A stretch of DNA of 43,603 bases from Patescibacteria group bacterium (GTDB lineage: Bacteria; Patescibacteriota; Minisyncoccia; Phycocordibacterales; Phycocordibacteraceae). How positions within the stretch are numbered: the first letter of the stretch is position 1; each line of letters begins with the position of its first letter. The stretch spans positions 1 to 43,603 of the forward strand of contig SCVI01000069.1 in NCBI GenBank assembly GCA_004296925.1. The letters are read 5' to 3'. The position numbers and the translations under genes are program-made. The notes under the pieces are model-generated. The model did not search any database. It had not been told where the DNA came from and saw nothing but the letters and a program-made list of their open reading frames with translations. Of the stretch, positions 43,322-43,603 are shown in pieces.

Positions 43322-43603
43322 GTGACTTCAGTCCACAGAAAGATTGCACTTTTCTTTGCACTTGCACTCATATTGGTGCCGTTCGGAGCGTTTGCAACCT
43401 CCCACATTCTCCCTATCGACTCTGGCACCGGTCTCGTATCGCAATGCGAAGGAGCTCTTTGTAGAGCCTGCGACCTTGTTGAACTCTCCAACAACGTTAT
43501 TACCTTTGCTATTGGCTTTGCAGTCATTGTTGCCACCCTCATGTTTGCCTATGCAGGTATTCTCTATGTCACTGCAGCAAACGCAGGACAAGAACAGATA
43601 AAG
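43322..43603 (+). CDS. TrbC/VirB2-like (T4SS-pilin-like) protein, 5' partial, runs off the window
   Basis: Not in the ORF track (GTG start, open at the window end). Translation: VTSVHRKIALFFALALILVPFGAFATSHILPIDSGTGLVSQCEGALCRACDLVELSNNVITFAIGFAVIVATLMFAYAGILYVTAANAGQEQIK. Signal peptide, Cys cluster and TM helix follow the layout of 25557-25931. An in-frame TAA lies at 43313. Confidence 0.55.
   Translation, partial: MTSVHRKIALFFALALILVPFGAFATSHILPIDSGTGLVSQCEGALCRACDLVELSNNVITFAIGFAVIVATLMFAYAGILYVTAANAGQEQIK

Overview
This window is bacterial chromosomal DNA. Most of it is housekeeping: a lepB/hisS-like/rpsU/ybeY/ftsA/ftsZ block on the minus strand, plus trxB, ahcY and a PfkB kinase, pth, rpsA, gyrA, infB-rbfA, a cysteine desulfurase, clpB and rpmG. 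The short IF-2, DUF4446, the arrays of small TrbC/VirB2-like pilin proteins and the Cys-less L33 fit a small-genome CPR/Patescibacteria-type organism; that is inference, not proof. There are eight tRNA genes (Glu, Ser, Leu x2, Lys, Cys, Tyr, Trp). I found no rRNA and no CRISPR array.

Three accessory or unusual parts stand out:
1. About 6 kb of AT-rich DNA (about 121-6145) looks like an island inserted at the 3' end of tRNA-Glu. It carries a large serine recombinase, a P-loop NTPase with transmembrane helices between Walker A and Walker B (KAP-like), a membrane-anchored coiled-coil protein, and about 0.9 kb of structured non-coding DNA.
2. Six tRNAs carry a recurrent flanking module, and Ser carries one on both sides. 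Each module has a partly conserved GC-rich scaffold, a 9-12 nt segment antisense to that tRNA's own T-loop and 3' T-stem, and a 17-20 nt direct copy of the tRNA terminus. I consider this the most novel signal in the window.
3. Five pilin-like paralogs sit in tandem at 25557-27587. A duplicated cassette with a sixth, partial pilin-like gene lies at the right edge.

All alignments and coordinates were worked out by hand. No database search was possible.
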